Source of the DNA: an uncultured Dehalococcoidaceae bacterium
GTDB lineage: Bacteria > Chloroflexota > Dehalococcoidia > Dehalococcoidales > RBG-16-60-22
DNA length: 6,035 nt
Assembly (NCBI GenBank): GCA_964514525.1
Contig: CAZEUJ010000007.1
Span: 21,204-27,238 of the forward strand
Direction of reading: 5' to 3'
A model generated the notes under the pieces. That model ran no database searches and was not told the origin of the DNA. It saw only the letters and a program-made list of their open reading frames with translations. The translations under genes and the position numbers were made by a program. Positions 5,970 to 6,035 of the stretch are shown here, in pieces. Numbering within the stretch: the first letter of the stretch is position 1; every line of letters starts with the position of its first letter.

Positions 5970-6035
5970 TCACCACTGGACAAACATCGGCATGACGACG
6001 TGCGTGTAGTTGTCCGTGCCCACCGGGCGGAGGAG
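5970..6035 (-). CDS. 3' end of a convergent minus-strand CDS (last 21 codons, ...LLRPVGTDNYTHVVMPMFVQW, plus the stop); product unknown
   Basis: My translation of the reverse complement from 6035 is open until TGA (plus-strand tca at 5970-5972). A minus-oriented terminator hairpin lies 24 nt downstream. The fragment is too short for any family assignment. Confidence 0.4.
   Translation of the reverse strand, partial: LLRPVGTDNYTHVVMPMFVQW

Noticed and set aside
1-6035. A defence, toxin-antitoxin, secretion or mobile-element system
   Set aside because: I found no nuclease, ATPase, integrase, transposase or toxin-like motifs, no terminal inverted repeats, and no tRNA or att-like sites. The gene content is one scaffold-type membrane protein plus three small-molecule enzymes.

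Overview
Four co-directional plus-strand genes and the 3' tip of a convergent minus-strand gene; no RNA genes, CRISPR arrays or mobile-element hallmarks were seen. (1) 3-2975 is one large ORF that stays open to the left window edge, so the ATG at 444 in the ORF track is not the real start. It encodes at least 184 aa of E/A/K/R-rich low-complexity helix containing a near-perfect 75-bp tandem duplication, then a single transmembrane helix, then about 21 TPR repeats predicted to lie outside the membrane. (2) A ~290-bp AT-richer spacer carries a good sigma70-type promoter (TTGGCA-N17-TGcTATATT). (3) Downstream is a tightly spaced three-gene cassette, each gene with a strong Shine-Dalgarno site: a classical FabG-like SDR (3269-4075), a second divergent SDR with a C-terminal extension ending in PPPPRMPRPGL (4133-4975), and a metallo-beta-lactamase-fold hydrolase (5050-5859) whose HxHxDH motif reads ExHxDH. 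(4) A hairpin with a T-tract on the minus strand (5923-5946) follows a short minus-strand ORF end (5970-6035). I see no convincing evidence for a defence, toxin, secretion or other recognisable multi-gene system. The most unusual items are the architecture and internal repeats of the TPR protein and the variant metal-binding motif of the MBL-fold enzyme in an SDR-SDR-MBL cassette of unknown substrate. All functional calls come from motif recognition by eye; no database search was possible.
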